64,000 bases of DNA, taken from contig OZ250150.1 in NCBI GenBank assembly GCA_965237675.1, positions 32,001 to 96,000 of the forward strand, in the 5' to 3' direction. The DNA is from Candidatus Latescibacterota bacterium. Lineage in GTDB: Bacteria; Latescibacterota; UBA2968; GCA-2709665. The translations under genes and the position numbers were made by a program. The notes below the pieces were generated by a model, which was given only the letters and a program-made list of their open reading frames with translations, was not told the DNA's origin and did not search any database. Shown piece after piece: positions 18,975-28,852 of this stretch (position 1 is its first letter; every line of letters begins with the position of its first letter).

Positions 18975-20194
18975 CACCGCCTCCCGGGCATCTTTGTCTT
19001 GTGGATGCGCCCGCCGATCCCGCCCAGATCCGCCGGCATCTGTCCGGAGGGCCGATCCGCGCCCGGTCGGAAGTCAGGAACCGTCACGACCCTGCTGCAT
19101 TCCGCGATCGAATCCACGGCCAGCACCGCCGGGGCCATCGAATCCATCACTCTGTAAACGTCGAACGCGAGTGTCTTGCCTCCCAGGATCGCGTCCCGAA
19201 AATGCATGTGCACATAGTAGTCGGCATCGCCGTGGCCGCTGTCCCGCGCCTCCGGGGGCGCGTCGGTCCGACGGTACTGCCAGTCGACTTCCATCCAATC
19301 GTTCATCTGTGTGTCCGCCAGCCACAATTTCGGCTTCTCTTTTCCGGACCGACGCCATTCAACGCTTCCCTTCGTCCCGATCATCTGCCACCAGTGGTGG
19401 TCTCCGCTCGGCCTGGGCTGGTTGAACCCGTTCAGCATCCGGATCAGCGTATCTTTCTCCGTCTTCATCAGCGCCACCTGGATATCGGCGTTGAGCATTT
19501 CCGGCGTCGTATAGCTCGGTGAGTTGGTGCTCATTGCCGTCACCTCGATCACGCGGTCGTCGAGGATCTTCAACAGGATGCTCAGGTCGTACGAAGCCGA
19601 GATAATGTAGGGCAAATATTGCGGGCTTGCGGGTTCGGCCTCCGGGTGGTCGGGGAGCGCCTCAACCGGATACTGCTTGCCCGTGTTGAAATCCTGAAAC
19701 CACTGATGGGTGCCGTAGTAACCCAGATACTGACCCTCGGCGTAAGTGATCCTTCCCAGCATCCCGTCGTCCACCAGTGTCTTCCAACCGTCCACGAACC
19801 CCCAGAACCGCGTCTGCTCCGCCAGGCTGTAGACCAGCCCTGTACGCTCCACGTTCGTTACGATACGCCAGCACTCCTCCATCGTATAGGCCGCCGGCAC
19901 CTCGCTGTTGACGTGCTTACCTGCCTCCAGCGCCTCGGCGGCCATGGTTCCCTGCTCCAGTTGCCTCACCACCAGCCCCACCGCGTCCATGCCCTCGTAC
20001 GCCAGAAAATCGTAATAGTTACCGAATACCCTCACGTCTTCCCGATAGGCGATCTCGGCCAGGGCCCGCTCCCGCAGCGGCTCGATCCAGTCGTAGATCG
20101 CCGTAATCCGGTAGCCCGGTACTTTCTGCAGCAACCGGATCCAGTGCAGCCCGCGGTGGCCCAGTCCGGCAACGCCAATTCTGATCTCATCCAT
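18974..20194 (-). CDS. Gfo/Idh/MocA oxidoreductase, GH109-like
   Basis: GVAGLGHRG, GKHVNSEVPAAYTMEECW, YAEGQY, SGHGDAD; GGAGG RBS before ATG 20194. Confidence 0.85.
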   Translation of the reverse strand: MDEIRIGVAGLGHRGLHWIRLLQKVPGYRITAIYDWIEPLRERALAEIAYREDVRVFGNYYDFLAYEGMDAVGLVVRQLEQGTMAAEALEAGKHVNSEVPAAYTMEECWRIVTNVERTGLVYSLAEQTRFWGFVDGWKTLVDDGMLGRITYAEGQYLGYYGTHQWFQDFNTGKQYPVEALPDHPEAEPASPQYLPYIISASYDLSILLKILDDRVIEVTAMSTNSPSYTTPEMLNADIQVALMKTEKDTLIRMLNGFNQPRPSGDHHWWQMIGTKGSVEWRRSGKEKPKLWLADTQMNDWMEVDWQYRRTDAPPEARDSGHGDADYYVHMHFRDAILGGKTLAFDVYRVMDSMAPAVLAVDSIAECSRVVTVPDFRPGADRPSGQMPADLGGIGGRIHKTKMPGRR

Positions 20195-20362
20195 GGATTC
20201 CTCCAATTGTTTTGAGGTTACCGCCTGTTCAAGTGTGCAAATTTCGAAAGACTACAGACAGGCGCCGCTTCCATCATCAGATATCGCGGGAGCAAGGCGA
20301 ATTCGTCTCCAGCCTCCCTCCAGTTGGCCCTCTGGTTGCAATGGCCGTCGCCGCTTTTTTCG

Positions 20363-21280
20363 TCACACCGGAAAGCGCTCGCAGCCCAGCGCTTGCGCCA
20401 TTGCCCGGATGTGCGACGGGCCCGCGCCGCAGCAGGCGCCGATGAAGTTGATTCCCTCCGCCTTCGCCTTCAGGGCATATCCCGCCATCTCGCTGCCCGA
20501 CACGATCATTGACTCACGGATCACCGAATTGTTGGGGCCGGCATTGCGATAACCCTGTGGCTGATACGCGATGGGGATATCCACGGCCTGCCGCATCGCC
20601 AGAACGCCCGGCCACAGGGTCATTGAATCGCCAGCGCAAACCAGGCCGACGATATCCGCGCCCTCGTCCGCCAGGACCTTCGCGCACTCGGCTGGCGTGG
20701 CGCCGTCCTGCGTGCGGCTGCTCGAACCCATCAGCACCATCGCGGGAACGTGTGTTTTCTTACATCGCGACAGGCACAGCCGGGCTTCGTCCAGCCGCGC
20801 AAACGTTTCCGGCACCAGAAGCCCGGCGCCCGCGTCCACCATCCAGGAAATGTGCTCGTCCCACTCCGCGCATGCCCGCTCGCGCGCCCGTGCATTGTCG
20901 GGCCTGAAAATGTACGGCCCCGTCCACGAGCCCGCAGCCGTCTGGTTCAGGCACCCGGCGACCAGGGCTTCGCCGCCGGAAGCCTCCAGGGCCAGCCGGA
21001 TTGCCGTGCGGGAAATCTCCTCCAATCGGGCCGCCTGCCCGCTGGGCCCGTCGCCCGGTTTATAACGGCGTTCGAGTTGCGACCGGCTGGTCCACCAGGT
21101 CTGCGCCTGAAGTACATGGGATCCGGCCCTGAAGAAATCCTGGTGGATCTGACGCAGCGCATCCGGATCTTCCAGAATCATAGCGGGTGTATCGTACCCC
21201 CGCCACCTCGCCTCGATAATCATCCCCCCGTCGCTGAGAACAACGCCCTCCTGCAGCATCTTCAATATGTCCCTGCCCAT
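20363..21280 (-). CDS. Homocysteine S-methyltransferase family (BHMT-like), HMT-1
   Basis: VLSDGG, HQDFFRAGS, PETF, ADIVGLVC, FIGACCG; AGGAGG RBS. Confidence 0.88.
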   Translation of the reverse strand: MGRDILKMLQEGVVLSDGGMIIEARWRGYDTPAMILEDPDALRQIHQDFFRAGSHVLQAQTWWTSRSQLERRYKPGDGPSGQAARLEEISRTAIRLALEASGGEALVAGCLNQTAAGSWTGPYIFRPDNARARERACAEWDEHISWMVDAGAGLLVPETFARLDEARLCLSRCKKTHVPAMVLMGSSSRTQDGATPAECAKVLADEGADIVGLVCAGDSMTLWPGVLAMRQAVDIPIAYQPQGYRNAGPNNSVIRESMIVSGSEMAGYALKAKAEGINFIGACCGAGPSHIRAMAQALGCERFPV

Positions 21281-21744
21281 CCTGATCCTCCTGTGCAAGA
21301 ATCACCCGCGAGTTCCGATCTATCTCCCGGCGCTAACGATGTGTTCCCGTCTTCTTCCTCCTGCCGCCATTTACGCTCCGCGCGGCAACATTCCTCTTTA
21401 ACCTCTATTATACACATATCCCTCTCAATTTTAGGAAATTATATATTCCACACCCTTGTCTTTGCGGTAAAATTCCAATACCCACTTCGGCACTGTCCCA
21501 CATAAGCCCCCAAAAATAAGGGGATTACGGCGAAAAAAATGACACCATAATCCCCTGAAATCAAGCGTCTGATTGAAAGCTGTCCATACTCAAATTTTAG
21601 ACCCTCGATCTTTTCTGCCAAATTGGAAACAGTCTCGCAATTCCGTTAAATATTGATGATGCAGAAATCGACAAGCCCAGGTGGGGGTTTTGGGAGAAAT
21701 GGTTGCATTCGTTTTTTCCTTTCTTCTTTGAGACAGTCGAGGGG

Positions 21745-23163
21745 CTACTCTTTCGGCCAGCCATCGGGTATTTCGTCGGCAGCGAGGGCGGCCTGGATGG
21801 CGACAGCGGCATTGCTCGTAACCCACCCGCTCCAAAGGTCGGCTTTGGAGCGCAACCACCAGAGAGCTGCGTCATTCACGCCGGCCTCGGGGTTATCACG
21901 TTGCCAAATGGCGACTTCCTTGTAGAGATTGATATCGAGGCCCCATGCCCGCAACATCGCTACAACGTCCGCGGCCCTGGTCGGCAGACTGGAATGCACC
22001 GAAATCAGGATCGTTGCATCTTCGTAGGCGCAAGCCATGTTCGCAGCCCAGCACTCGTCACTGTATGCGGGCTCCTCGAGCCGTACCAGGTCCAGGAGCA
22101 AGGCCGGGTCATTGGCGCCCCACTGGTAGCCGAGCCATGGCTCGCGTTTTTCGTAGGCACTGTACAGGTCGGCGTCCAGAGCATCGGCATCATCGGGGGT
22201 GACGATATGTACGTGGTCAGATAGGCCGTAGCCATTGACCTGGGCGACATTGATCTTCGCGCAAGCCCAGCCGCTAACGCAGGACATCAGACGCGCTTTG
22301 CCTCCGGTCTCCGCGGTCGCAAACAGGTTCTTGAAGCGGTCGTCTTTGAGATCATCTACGCTGTCCAGATCAGGATATTGCTCCTGGAGATACGCGGGAA
22401 TGACAAACGCTGACTGCCAGTCCTTGCCCAAACTTGGGCCCACGAGAATCACTTCCCCGGCGGCTTGAGCTTCTATCCAATCTTCTTCCTGGTTGGGTAG
22501 CCAGATCTCCATAGTCACGTGGGTATCACCTCTGCGCAGTCTTTCAAACAGGGGCAGCGAGGCGCCTGAGATCACGGCGGTAGGATAGCCGTAGCCCTTC
22601 TCCACGATATACTGGGCGATACGGTTCTGCACCTGGGCACTGGACCAGTCCAGGTCGCTGAAAACGATGGACTCTTTAGGCTCTACCTCGACAATATTCT
22701 CCAGCGCGGATAAGCCTGTCACGCGAGCCTTCCCACCAATGGGCAAATTCAGCAACACCTTGTAACCTGCGTTAATCGGAATGCTCGACCATAAACCGAT
22801 CTGAACCTCATCCTTCCGAGCACGCGCCTGATAATAACCCGTCAGATTGTCCCCTGAAAGTTTCAGTTCTGCCTGACCATTCTCATCGGTTAAAACCGAC
22901 GCGCCTGCGAACTCCGTGTAATCTGCTGCCCGTCCGGAAATAGACCGCGCGAATTCCAAGGCTGCACCGGTCACTGGGGTGCCATCCTGCGATAGAGTGA
23001 ACGTCACCACCGCATGTAAGGCACCTTGTTGCAAGGCCAATTTACTCAGTGGCTGTCCGACCTCACCGTTTGTCTCTGTCTCCTGCAACTGCGTCAGGCG
23101 CTCGCCTCCACAACTCCACGTCACGCATATGGCAAGCGCGATCACAACCATACGTATCGACAT
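21745..23163 (-). CDS. Lipoprotein: Ig-like N-domain fused to glycine betaine-binding (ProX/OpuAC) domain
   Basis: Lipobox-like TWS-C; DLDWSSAQVQN, MEIWLP, CVSGWAC, WLGYQWG motifs; GGGAGG RBS before ATG 23163. Confidence 0.8.
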   Translation of the reverse strand: MSIRMVVIALAICVTWSCGGERLTQLQETETNGEVGQPLSKLALQQGALHAVVTFTLSQDGTPVTGAALEFARSISGRAADYTEFAGASVLTDENGQAELKLSGDNLTGYYQARARKDEVQIGLWSSIPINAGYKVLLNLPIGGKARVTGLSALENIVEVEPKESIVFSDLDWSSAQVQNRIAQYIVEKGYGYPTAVISGASLPLFERLRRGDTHVTMEIWLPNQEEDWIEAQAAGEVILVGPSLGKDWQSAFVIPAYLQEQYPDLDSVDDLKDDRFKNLFATAETGGKARLMSCVSGWACAKINVAQVNGYGLSDHVHIVTPDDADALDADLYSAYEKREPWLGYQWGANDPALLLDLVRLEEPAYSDECWAANMACAYEDATILISVHSSLPTRAADVVAMLRAWGLDINLYKEVAIWQRDNPEAGVNDAALWWLRSKADLWSGWVTSNAAVAIQAALAADEIPDGWPKE

Positions 23164-23311
23164 ATCAACCTCCCTTGCACGACATTCTACCCTGTTTTTC
23201 TTGCGATCATCAAAGTACACGACGATATATAAAATAACCTATTTCTGTTTGTCAAGATGAATTACACGCCGAAGTCCTGACAAAATGTACCTTGATTAAT
23301 CAGGCCAGGCG

Positions 23312-24247
23312 TTATCTCGGCCGGAGTTCGATGTGTTTCCGTTCGCAGTCCAGCGCCTGGGCCATCGAGCGAAGGAGTCGTACCACAACCCCGTCCGACC
23401 CGCCCAGAAAGCGAATATCGTGCGCAATCGCCTTCAACGCGTACTGTCCCAGTTCCATCCCGTAGACGTGCATGGCCTCCCGCATCCCCTTCCAGTGTGG
23501 CCGGCATGTCCGATACCCATTCGGCAGAAAGGCGATCGGCGTGTCCACCGCGTTTCGCATTTCCAGCACAACCGGCCACAGGTCTTCCGGCTCCCGCATG
23601 CCGCCCCCGCCCACGACGTCTGCGCCGTCGCCGGCCAGGACACGTGCGCACTCGGCCGGCGCGACACCATCGGCGGTGACGTCATCCTCTTGAAGCAGGG
23701 GATTGTTCAACCGCCCCTCCGGCAATGCGATGTCCACCGAAACCACCACCGGCAGCACGCTCCTCTTGCTGCACGCCAGCGCCAGGCGTGCCTCGTCTAG
23801 CCGCCCGAACGACTCACAGACAAGCAGGTCCACACCCGCGTCGGCCAATATCTCGACCTGTTCCTCCCACTCCGCCCGGGCGCGGTCCGCAGATCCCGCG
23901 TCATCGCCCTGAAAGGCCCCCGTGGAGGACAGTGTCCCCGCCACCAGCGCCTCCCCGCGCGCCGCGCCCTTCGCCAGCGCCACGGCTCTCCGGTTCAACG
24001 CGTCGACATGGTCGACCCCACCCGCTTTCCCCCGCTCGCCAAGCCCGGTTCGGGTACACTGACCCGCCAGGGCTCTGATCACGCCGGCGCCTGCCCGGAA
24101 AAAATCCTGGTGGACCAGCCGCACCGCGTCTGGGAAGTCCTCCAGCACCCAGGGCGCTGAATATCCCCGCAGCCTCAGTTCCTCCGCGTTTCCACCGTCT
24201 CCCAGTACGAACCCATCTTCAAGGGATTTCAAAACGGACTCAGGCAT
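23312..24247 (-). CDS. Homocysteine S-methyltransferase-like protein lacking Zn-binding cysteines, HMT-2
   Basis: VLGDGG, HQDFFRAGA and CESF are retained; ADVVGGGGM and FLGGSDG replace G-x-x-C and G-x-CC. Confidence 0.8.
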   Translation of the reverse strand: MPESVLKSLEDGFVLGDGGNAEELRLRGYSAPWVLEDFPDAVRLVHQDFFRAGAGVIRALAGQCTRTGLGERGKAGGVDHVDALNRRAVALAKGAARGEALVAGTLSSTGAFQGDDAGSADRARAEWEEQVEILADAGVDLLVCESFGRLDEARLALACSKRSVLPVVVSVDIALPEGRLNNPLLQEDDVTADGVAPAECARVLAGDGADVVGGGGMREPEDLWPVVLEMRNAVDTPIAFLPNGYRTCRPHWKGMREAMHVYGMELGQYALKAIAHDIRFLGGSDGVVVRLLRSMAQALDCERKHIELRPR

Positions 24248-24419
24248 AATACCGCTCCTCTCCTTTAATCATCTCACAACAGACGACACAGGGGGCCAAA
24301 TTGCAGTCCCGAAAAGCGGACAACCCACACAAGAACTGCTCTCCTGCAGAAGACAGGCCTTACCGCATCAATCACCTTTCCTTTTCATCTTCCCCACCCT
24401 TAACGTCCCCTATTCCCTT

Positions 24420-24452
24420 GCCCTTTTTCTTGCTTCGCCCAAGAAAAAGGGC
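24420..24452. repeat. REP-like hairpin
   Basis: gccctttttcttg-cttcgcc-caagaaaaagggc, perfect 13-bp stem. Confidence 0.7.
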
Positions 24453-24733
24453 GAAAAAGAAGGGCGCCGCTCAAACGCCGCGGGGCTGCTTTTCCGCGAA
24501 CCGCCTCAATAGAGTAGACACGCTCTGCTGCCCTTCGTCACCTTCAGCCGTATCATAACGCTGGCAGTGGATGGATTAGCGCGGAAAAGCCCCCATGCCA
24601 CCACCGGCCGGTCGTGAGTTTTCGAGGTATGGATCCCGGTCTGGATTTGCGTTTGTGCCGGCTCTTGTTGAACGCTGGCTGCTTTTTCTTTGTGTCTTCG
24701 TGTCTCCGTGTTAGGCCGGTTTTCCTGGTTATC

Positions 24734-24769
24734 CTCCCCCTTTCCTTTAGGAGAGGGGGCCGGGGGGAG
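24734..24769. repeat. 36-bp REP-like dispersed repeat, copy 1
   Basis: ctccccctttcctttaggagagggggccggggggag, identical to 56375-56410. Confidence 0.85.
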
Positions 24770-24786
24770 GGGTGCTCGACGGGACA

Positions 24787-26790
24787 TCAATGCCAGCTGT
24801 GTACCCTGTGTCCCGAATGCGGGAACCAGATGGCGTCCACGACCGTACCCGCGATCACCGCCAGGATGTATCCCGTCAGGATCCCGATAAAAAATGGCAG
24901 CGATCGCCGGTAGAATGCCACGCCGCCGATCCTGAGCATCAGAAATTTGATCAGCCACGCGACCAGAAGCGTAAGGCTTTCCAGTCTGGCGAATATCGTA
25001 CCCGAAAGCGCGAAACCGACCGGGTGCAAACGCCATCTGGGCAACCGGTACCGCATCAGATTCAAGGCCGTCATCACAACGATTCCGGCGAGAAACAGCC
25101 AGTATTCCACCGCCAGGATCGGCCTGGGGTTGCGCAGCGCGTCCACCGCCATGCCGTAGTTCCACTCTCCCTCGTGAAGAATCAACCAGTTCGGTTGAAA
25201 ATTATAACCTCCCATCGTGTAGGCCAGCCAGATGGTGTGGAGGGTCGAAACCACCGTGCCCAGGATGAACGCCCCAAAAATTCCCCAGAAAAGGCGCCGC
25301 TTGCCTTCGGGAACGAAATCGCCCAGGCGGTTCACCTGGGCAATCACCGGCAGCGCGAAACTCCTGGGATGGTTGACCGTAAACGGCAGGAGACTGGAGG
25401 CTGCGTTCGTGGAAGGACCCAGCCTGTGCGCCCCACCCACCGCGAACACCGCGTAGTCCCAGGCAACCGCCGGCGGATCGACGTAAACCAGCCCCGAATC
25501 GGCGACCACCTTGGCCACGCCCAGGTACGTGATAAACATCGCCGGCGTCAATACCGCGATCATCCCGGGCTCGATCCCGATCTGCGCAAGCCAGGTCACG
25601 ATGTACACACAGGAGACGACCAGCCCGATGACGGCCGCGCGATAGGAAATCCACTCCCGGCTGTCATCCGGGCCGGAACCACCCGGGCGAAGCGCCTTTC
25701 GAAAAACCTGGCGCAGGTGCCCCCTGGAAATCCAGAGCCACCAGATGACCAGTGCCGCGAAGGCCCCGGCCGTCTGAAACTTGTAGCTCGTCACGTTGTA
25801 TGGTCCGGAGCCATAGTGGGGTGACGTGGCAACCACGCCCAGTCGATTCAGAAGACCGGCTTCGAACATATAAAGAATGTCGAAGAACCAGATGCTGAAA
25901 AGCACCTCCAGGCTGGCGAAATAAGAAAAGCAAATGACAAAAACGCTCAGGTAGATGCAGAACGGGGGATATTGTTTGGGCAGGAGATCCCACACATAGT
26001 TCATGCGTGTGTTCATCACCTTCGGAAAGGCCGGGTAGAACCAGTGCACCATATTCAACCAGAAGACCCCCGACGTCAGACCGAATCCCGCCCAGAACGC
26101 TTTGCCTTTCATAAACTCCGGCAGGACTCTCGCGCCGGACCCGCTTCGGTTCGCCATCTCCAGGACCGGTGTCAGGGCGGGATAGACCAGCTTTTCGTGA
26201 TCTGCCCACTGCCGATGCAGAATGACCGACACGCAGACACAGGCGAACGCGAGGACAGCGATAAAGCTGAACCACCATATCAGCGGCGCCCACCAATCAT
26301 GCCAGGGAATGGACATCCCTTTCGGGAGCCCTTCGAAAAACATGGTGATGGACTTTCGTTCGTCCGTTGAGATCAGCCACGCGGGAAGATGCGGGTGCAG
26401 GAATTCCGACCATCGGTTCTCGGGGGTGGCGAAATAGTATGGAGCCACCATCTGGCTGACGAGATACCCGCTGATACCGTAAGTGGGGCCCATGGCGCTT
26501 ATCAGGCCCATGCTGAAAATCGTGATCCATTCCGCCGGTGCAAACACGAATCGCGAACCGAACCATCGGGCAAGCGCGGCGCAAACCAGAATCGACAGCA
26601 GAAAGAGCAGCAGGTCGCCCATCGGGATCAGGCTGATGGCCATGTACGACCCATGCTGGACATACCGCATCGTATTGGCGAGCAGGTTGACGGCTACCGA
26701 CAACCCGAGCCCGAATACGACCGCGCGGGTCGTTACGCCCGGACTCGCGGGCCGCTGGTTCCGCGGTTCTGCCGTGCCGCCGTTGGCCAT
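24787..26790 (-). CDS. DUF6785/DUF6784 polytopic membrane protein, copy 2
   Basis: Full-length paralogue of 15619..17598 with the same motifs. Confidence 0.75.
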   Translation of the reverse strand: MANGGTAEPRNQRPASPGVTTRAVVFGLGLSVAVNLLANTMRYVQHGSYMAISLIPMGDLLLFLLSILVCAALARWFGSRFVFAPAEWITIFSMGLISAMGPTYGISGYLVSQMVAPYYFATPENRWSEFLHPHLPAWLISTDERKSITMFFEGLPKGMSIPWHDWWAPLIWWFSFIAVLAFACVCVSVILHRQWADHEKLVYPALTPVLEMANRSGSGARVLPEFMKGKAFWAGFGLTSGVFWLNMVHWFYPAFPKVMNTRMNYVWDLLPKQYPPFCIYLSVFVICFSYFASLEVLFSIWFFDILYMFEAGLLNRLGVVATSPHYGSGPYNVTSYKFQTAGAFAALVIWWLWISRGHLRQVFRKALRPGGSGPDDSREWISYRAAVIGLVVSCVYIVTWLAQIGIEPGMIAVLTPAMFITYLGVAKVVADSGLVYVDPPAVAWDYAVFAVGGAHRLGPSTNAASSLLPFTVNHPRSFALPVIAQVNRLGDFVPEGKRRLFWGIFGAFILGTVVSTLHTIWLAYTMGGYNFQPNWLILHEGEWNYGMAVDALRNPRPILAVEYWLFLAGIVVMTALNLMRYRLPRWRLHPVGFALSGTIFARLESLTLLVAWLIKFLMLRIGGVAFYRRSLPFFIGILTGYILAVIAGTVVDAIWFPHSGHRVHSWH

Positions 26791-26811
26791 GGGTCTCCCG
26801 TCCGGTTACGC

Positions 26812-28002
26812 TCAGCGCAAGCCCACGCCGCCCAGGTCCTCGGGAACCTGCCCCGCAGCGCGGTCCCGGTTCGGACGAAAGTCTGGAACCCGCATCAGCC
26901 GGCTCCCCTCCTGGATCGAATCAATCGCCCGTACCGCCGCGGCAACCGTATCCATCGCCCGATATACGTCAAAGGCCAGCGGTTTCCCCTCGAGGACCGC
27001 GTCACGAAAATGCATGTGCACGTAGGAGTCCGCGTCGCCGTGACCGCTTCCCCTCGCCTCTTGCGGCGCATCAGTGCGTTCAAAACGCCAGTCCACCTCC
27101 GTCCAGTCGTTCATCTCTGCGTCCGCGAACCAGACTTTCGGCATCTCGCGGCTCGAACGCCGCCACTCCAGGCTACCCTTTGTGCCAATCATCTGCCACC
27201 AGTGGTGATCTCCATGCGGGCGCGGCTGTGTATGACCATCCAACATGCGAATCAACGTATCCTTTTCGGTCTTCATCAGCGCAACCTGCACGTCGGGCTT
27301 TCCGATCTGCGGATGCGCGTAGCTTGGCCTTTTTGTGCTCATCGCCGTTACTTCCGTCACACGGTCGTCCAGGATCTTCAAAAGGATGCTCAGGTCGTAC
27401 GAGGCGGCAATAATGGGCGGGGTGTCGTGGGGAAACGTCGGCCTGGCCTCGGGATGGTCGGACAACTCCTCGATGGAATACTGTTTCCCCGTGCTGTAGT
27501 CCTGGAAAAATTGGTGTGTGCCGTAATACCCGACGTATTGACCCTCGGCGTAGGTGATCTTGCCCAACCTGCCGTCGTCTACAAGGCGCTTCCATCCATC
27601 CACGAACCCCCAGAAACGCGTCTGCTCGGCGAGGCCGTAGACCAACCCCGTACGCTCCACGTTGGTTACGATGCGCCAGCACTCCGCCATCGTGTACGCG
27701 CCCGGCACCTCGCTGTTCACGTGCTTGCCCGCCTCCAGCGCCTCCGCTGCCATGCGCCCCACCTCGCGCTGCCTCACCACAAGACCCACCGCGTCCATCT
27801 GATCGTATGCCAGGAAATCCTCGTAGTTGCCGAACGCCGCCACGTCGTCCCGATAGGAGATTTCAGCAAGTGCCCGCTCCTGTAGCGGTTCGATCCAATC
27901 GTAGACCGCCGTGATCCGGTAGCCGGGAATTTTCTGCAGCAGCCTTATCCAGTGCAGCCCCCGGCCGCCCAGGCCTGCGATCCCGATGCGAATTTCGTCC
28001 AT
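26812..28002 (-). CDS. Gfo/Idh/MocA oxidoreductase, GH109-like; close paralogue of 18974..20194
   Basis: MDEIRIGIAGLGGRG, SEVPGAYTMAECW, SGHGDAD; GGAGG RBS. Confidence 0.85.
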   Translation of the reverse strand: MDEIRIGIAGLGGRGLHWIRLLQKIPGYRITAVYDWIEPLQERALAEISYRDDVAAFGNYEDFLAYDQMDAVGLVVRQREVGRMAAEALEAGKHVNSEVPGAYTMAECWRIVTNVERTGLVYGLAEQTRFWGFVDGWKRLVDDGRLGKITYAEGQYVGYYGTHQFFQDYSTGKQYSIEELSDHPEARPTFPHDTPPIIAASYDLSILLKILDDRVTEVTAMSTKRPSYAHPQIGKPDVQVALMKTEKDTLIRMLDGHTQPRPHGDHHWWQMIGTKGSLEWRRSSREMPKVWFADAEMNDWTEVDWRFERTDAPQEARGSGHGDADSYVHMHFRDAVLEGKPLAFDVYRAMDTVAAAVRAIDSIQEGSRLMRVPDFRPNRDRAAGQVPEDLGGVGLR

Positions 28003-28032
28003 GTCCGTCCCTCCAGAGCCGATTTTCAAACT

Positions 28033-28743
28033 TTAATCAAATTGAAAACGGATGTAGATAAACATCCGCACCTCAACCACCTCGCGATTCTGGTACCCGG
28101 GGAGATACCGGAAACCCGTCAGGGCGTCCAGCGATGCTTTGTGAAACTGCTCGTGCCCCTTGAGCACCACGCCATCTTTGACCCGGCCGTCCTTTCCCAC
28201 GGTAAATTCCATCAGGACGACACCCTCCAGGCCGGCCCGCCGCGCCTCTTCCGGATACGCCGGATCCACCTTTTTGAGGAGTTTGGGCTTCCGCTCCACG
28301 AACCGAGCCGGGTATACCTCCTCCCCATCCACTTCCTCGTCCCTAACGGGAGCCGTGACAAGAGCGTCCGAGGGCGTAGAAAGGCGTATGGACACTGCGT
28401 CGAAGTCGAGTTCGGCGGTGACGGCAACGGTCATCTCTTCGGGTAGCAGGTCGCGGCTTTCCGTTTCGAGGGGCACGGTCGGGCGTACGGGTGGCGGAAG
28501 CCTCACGCCATGTCGGGTCTCCGGTACCTGGGTAACCTGGATGAGAATCGGATATTTCGCTGAGGCTGGCGTGCGGAGCCTGAAGGCTGGGAAAGTAAAG
28601 GCACCGGCCGCGTGGAGGGCGAGCGAAATCCCGACGCACAGGGGGAGGACCTTCCGATACTGCGCCTTCAAGTCCGCTTCGGGACGACTGGTGCGGATGA
28701 TGTTTCCGGTTATCCAGGGTCTGGGAGGCAGCTGTTGTGGCAT
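28033..28743 (-). CDS. tonB: Energy transducer TonB
   Basis: N-terminal TM with SLALH, Pro-rich linker, PAYPEEARRAGLEGVVLMEFTVGKDGRV; GGAGG RBS before ATG 28743. Confidence 0.88.
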   Translation of the reverse strand: MPQQLPPRPWITGNIIRTSRPEADLKAQYRKVLPLCVGISLALHAAGAFTFPAFRLRTPASAKYPILIQVTQVPETRHGVRLPPPVRPTVPLETESRDLLPEEMTVAVTAELDFDAVSIRLSTPSDALVTAPVRDEEVDGEEVYPARFVERKPKLLKKVDPAYPEEARRAGLEGVVLMEFTVGKDGRVKDGVVLKGHEQFHKASLDALTGFRYLPGYQNREVVEVRMFIYIRFQFD

Positions 28744-28852
28744 TGGTACCCTCCACGCTGCCTGCACGGCCGGCGTACATGCGTTCAACGTGCGTTTGCA
28801 GGGTACGGCGATCCGTCGACGAGCCACATGCGACGACTCGGAGAAACCCGGC

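Noticed and set aside
21439-21720. Short ORFs in the AT-rich gap
   Set aside because: No recognisable motifs or RBS; more likely regulatory or decayed DNA. A TATAAT at 21407-21412 (minus) lacks a properly spaced -35.
23225-23255. Sigma70 promoter upstream of the ProX-like gene
   Set aside because: TTGACA is present on the minus strand, but no TAnnnT -10 lies at 16-18-nt spacing, so it was not called.
23312-24247. Selenocysteine recoding explaining the missing Cys in HMT-2
   Set aside because: The ORF has no in-frame TGA; the positions are ordinary Gly/Ser/Asp codons.
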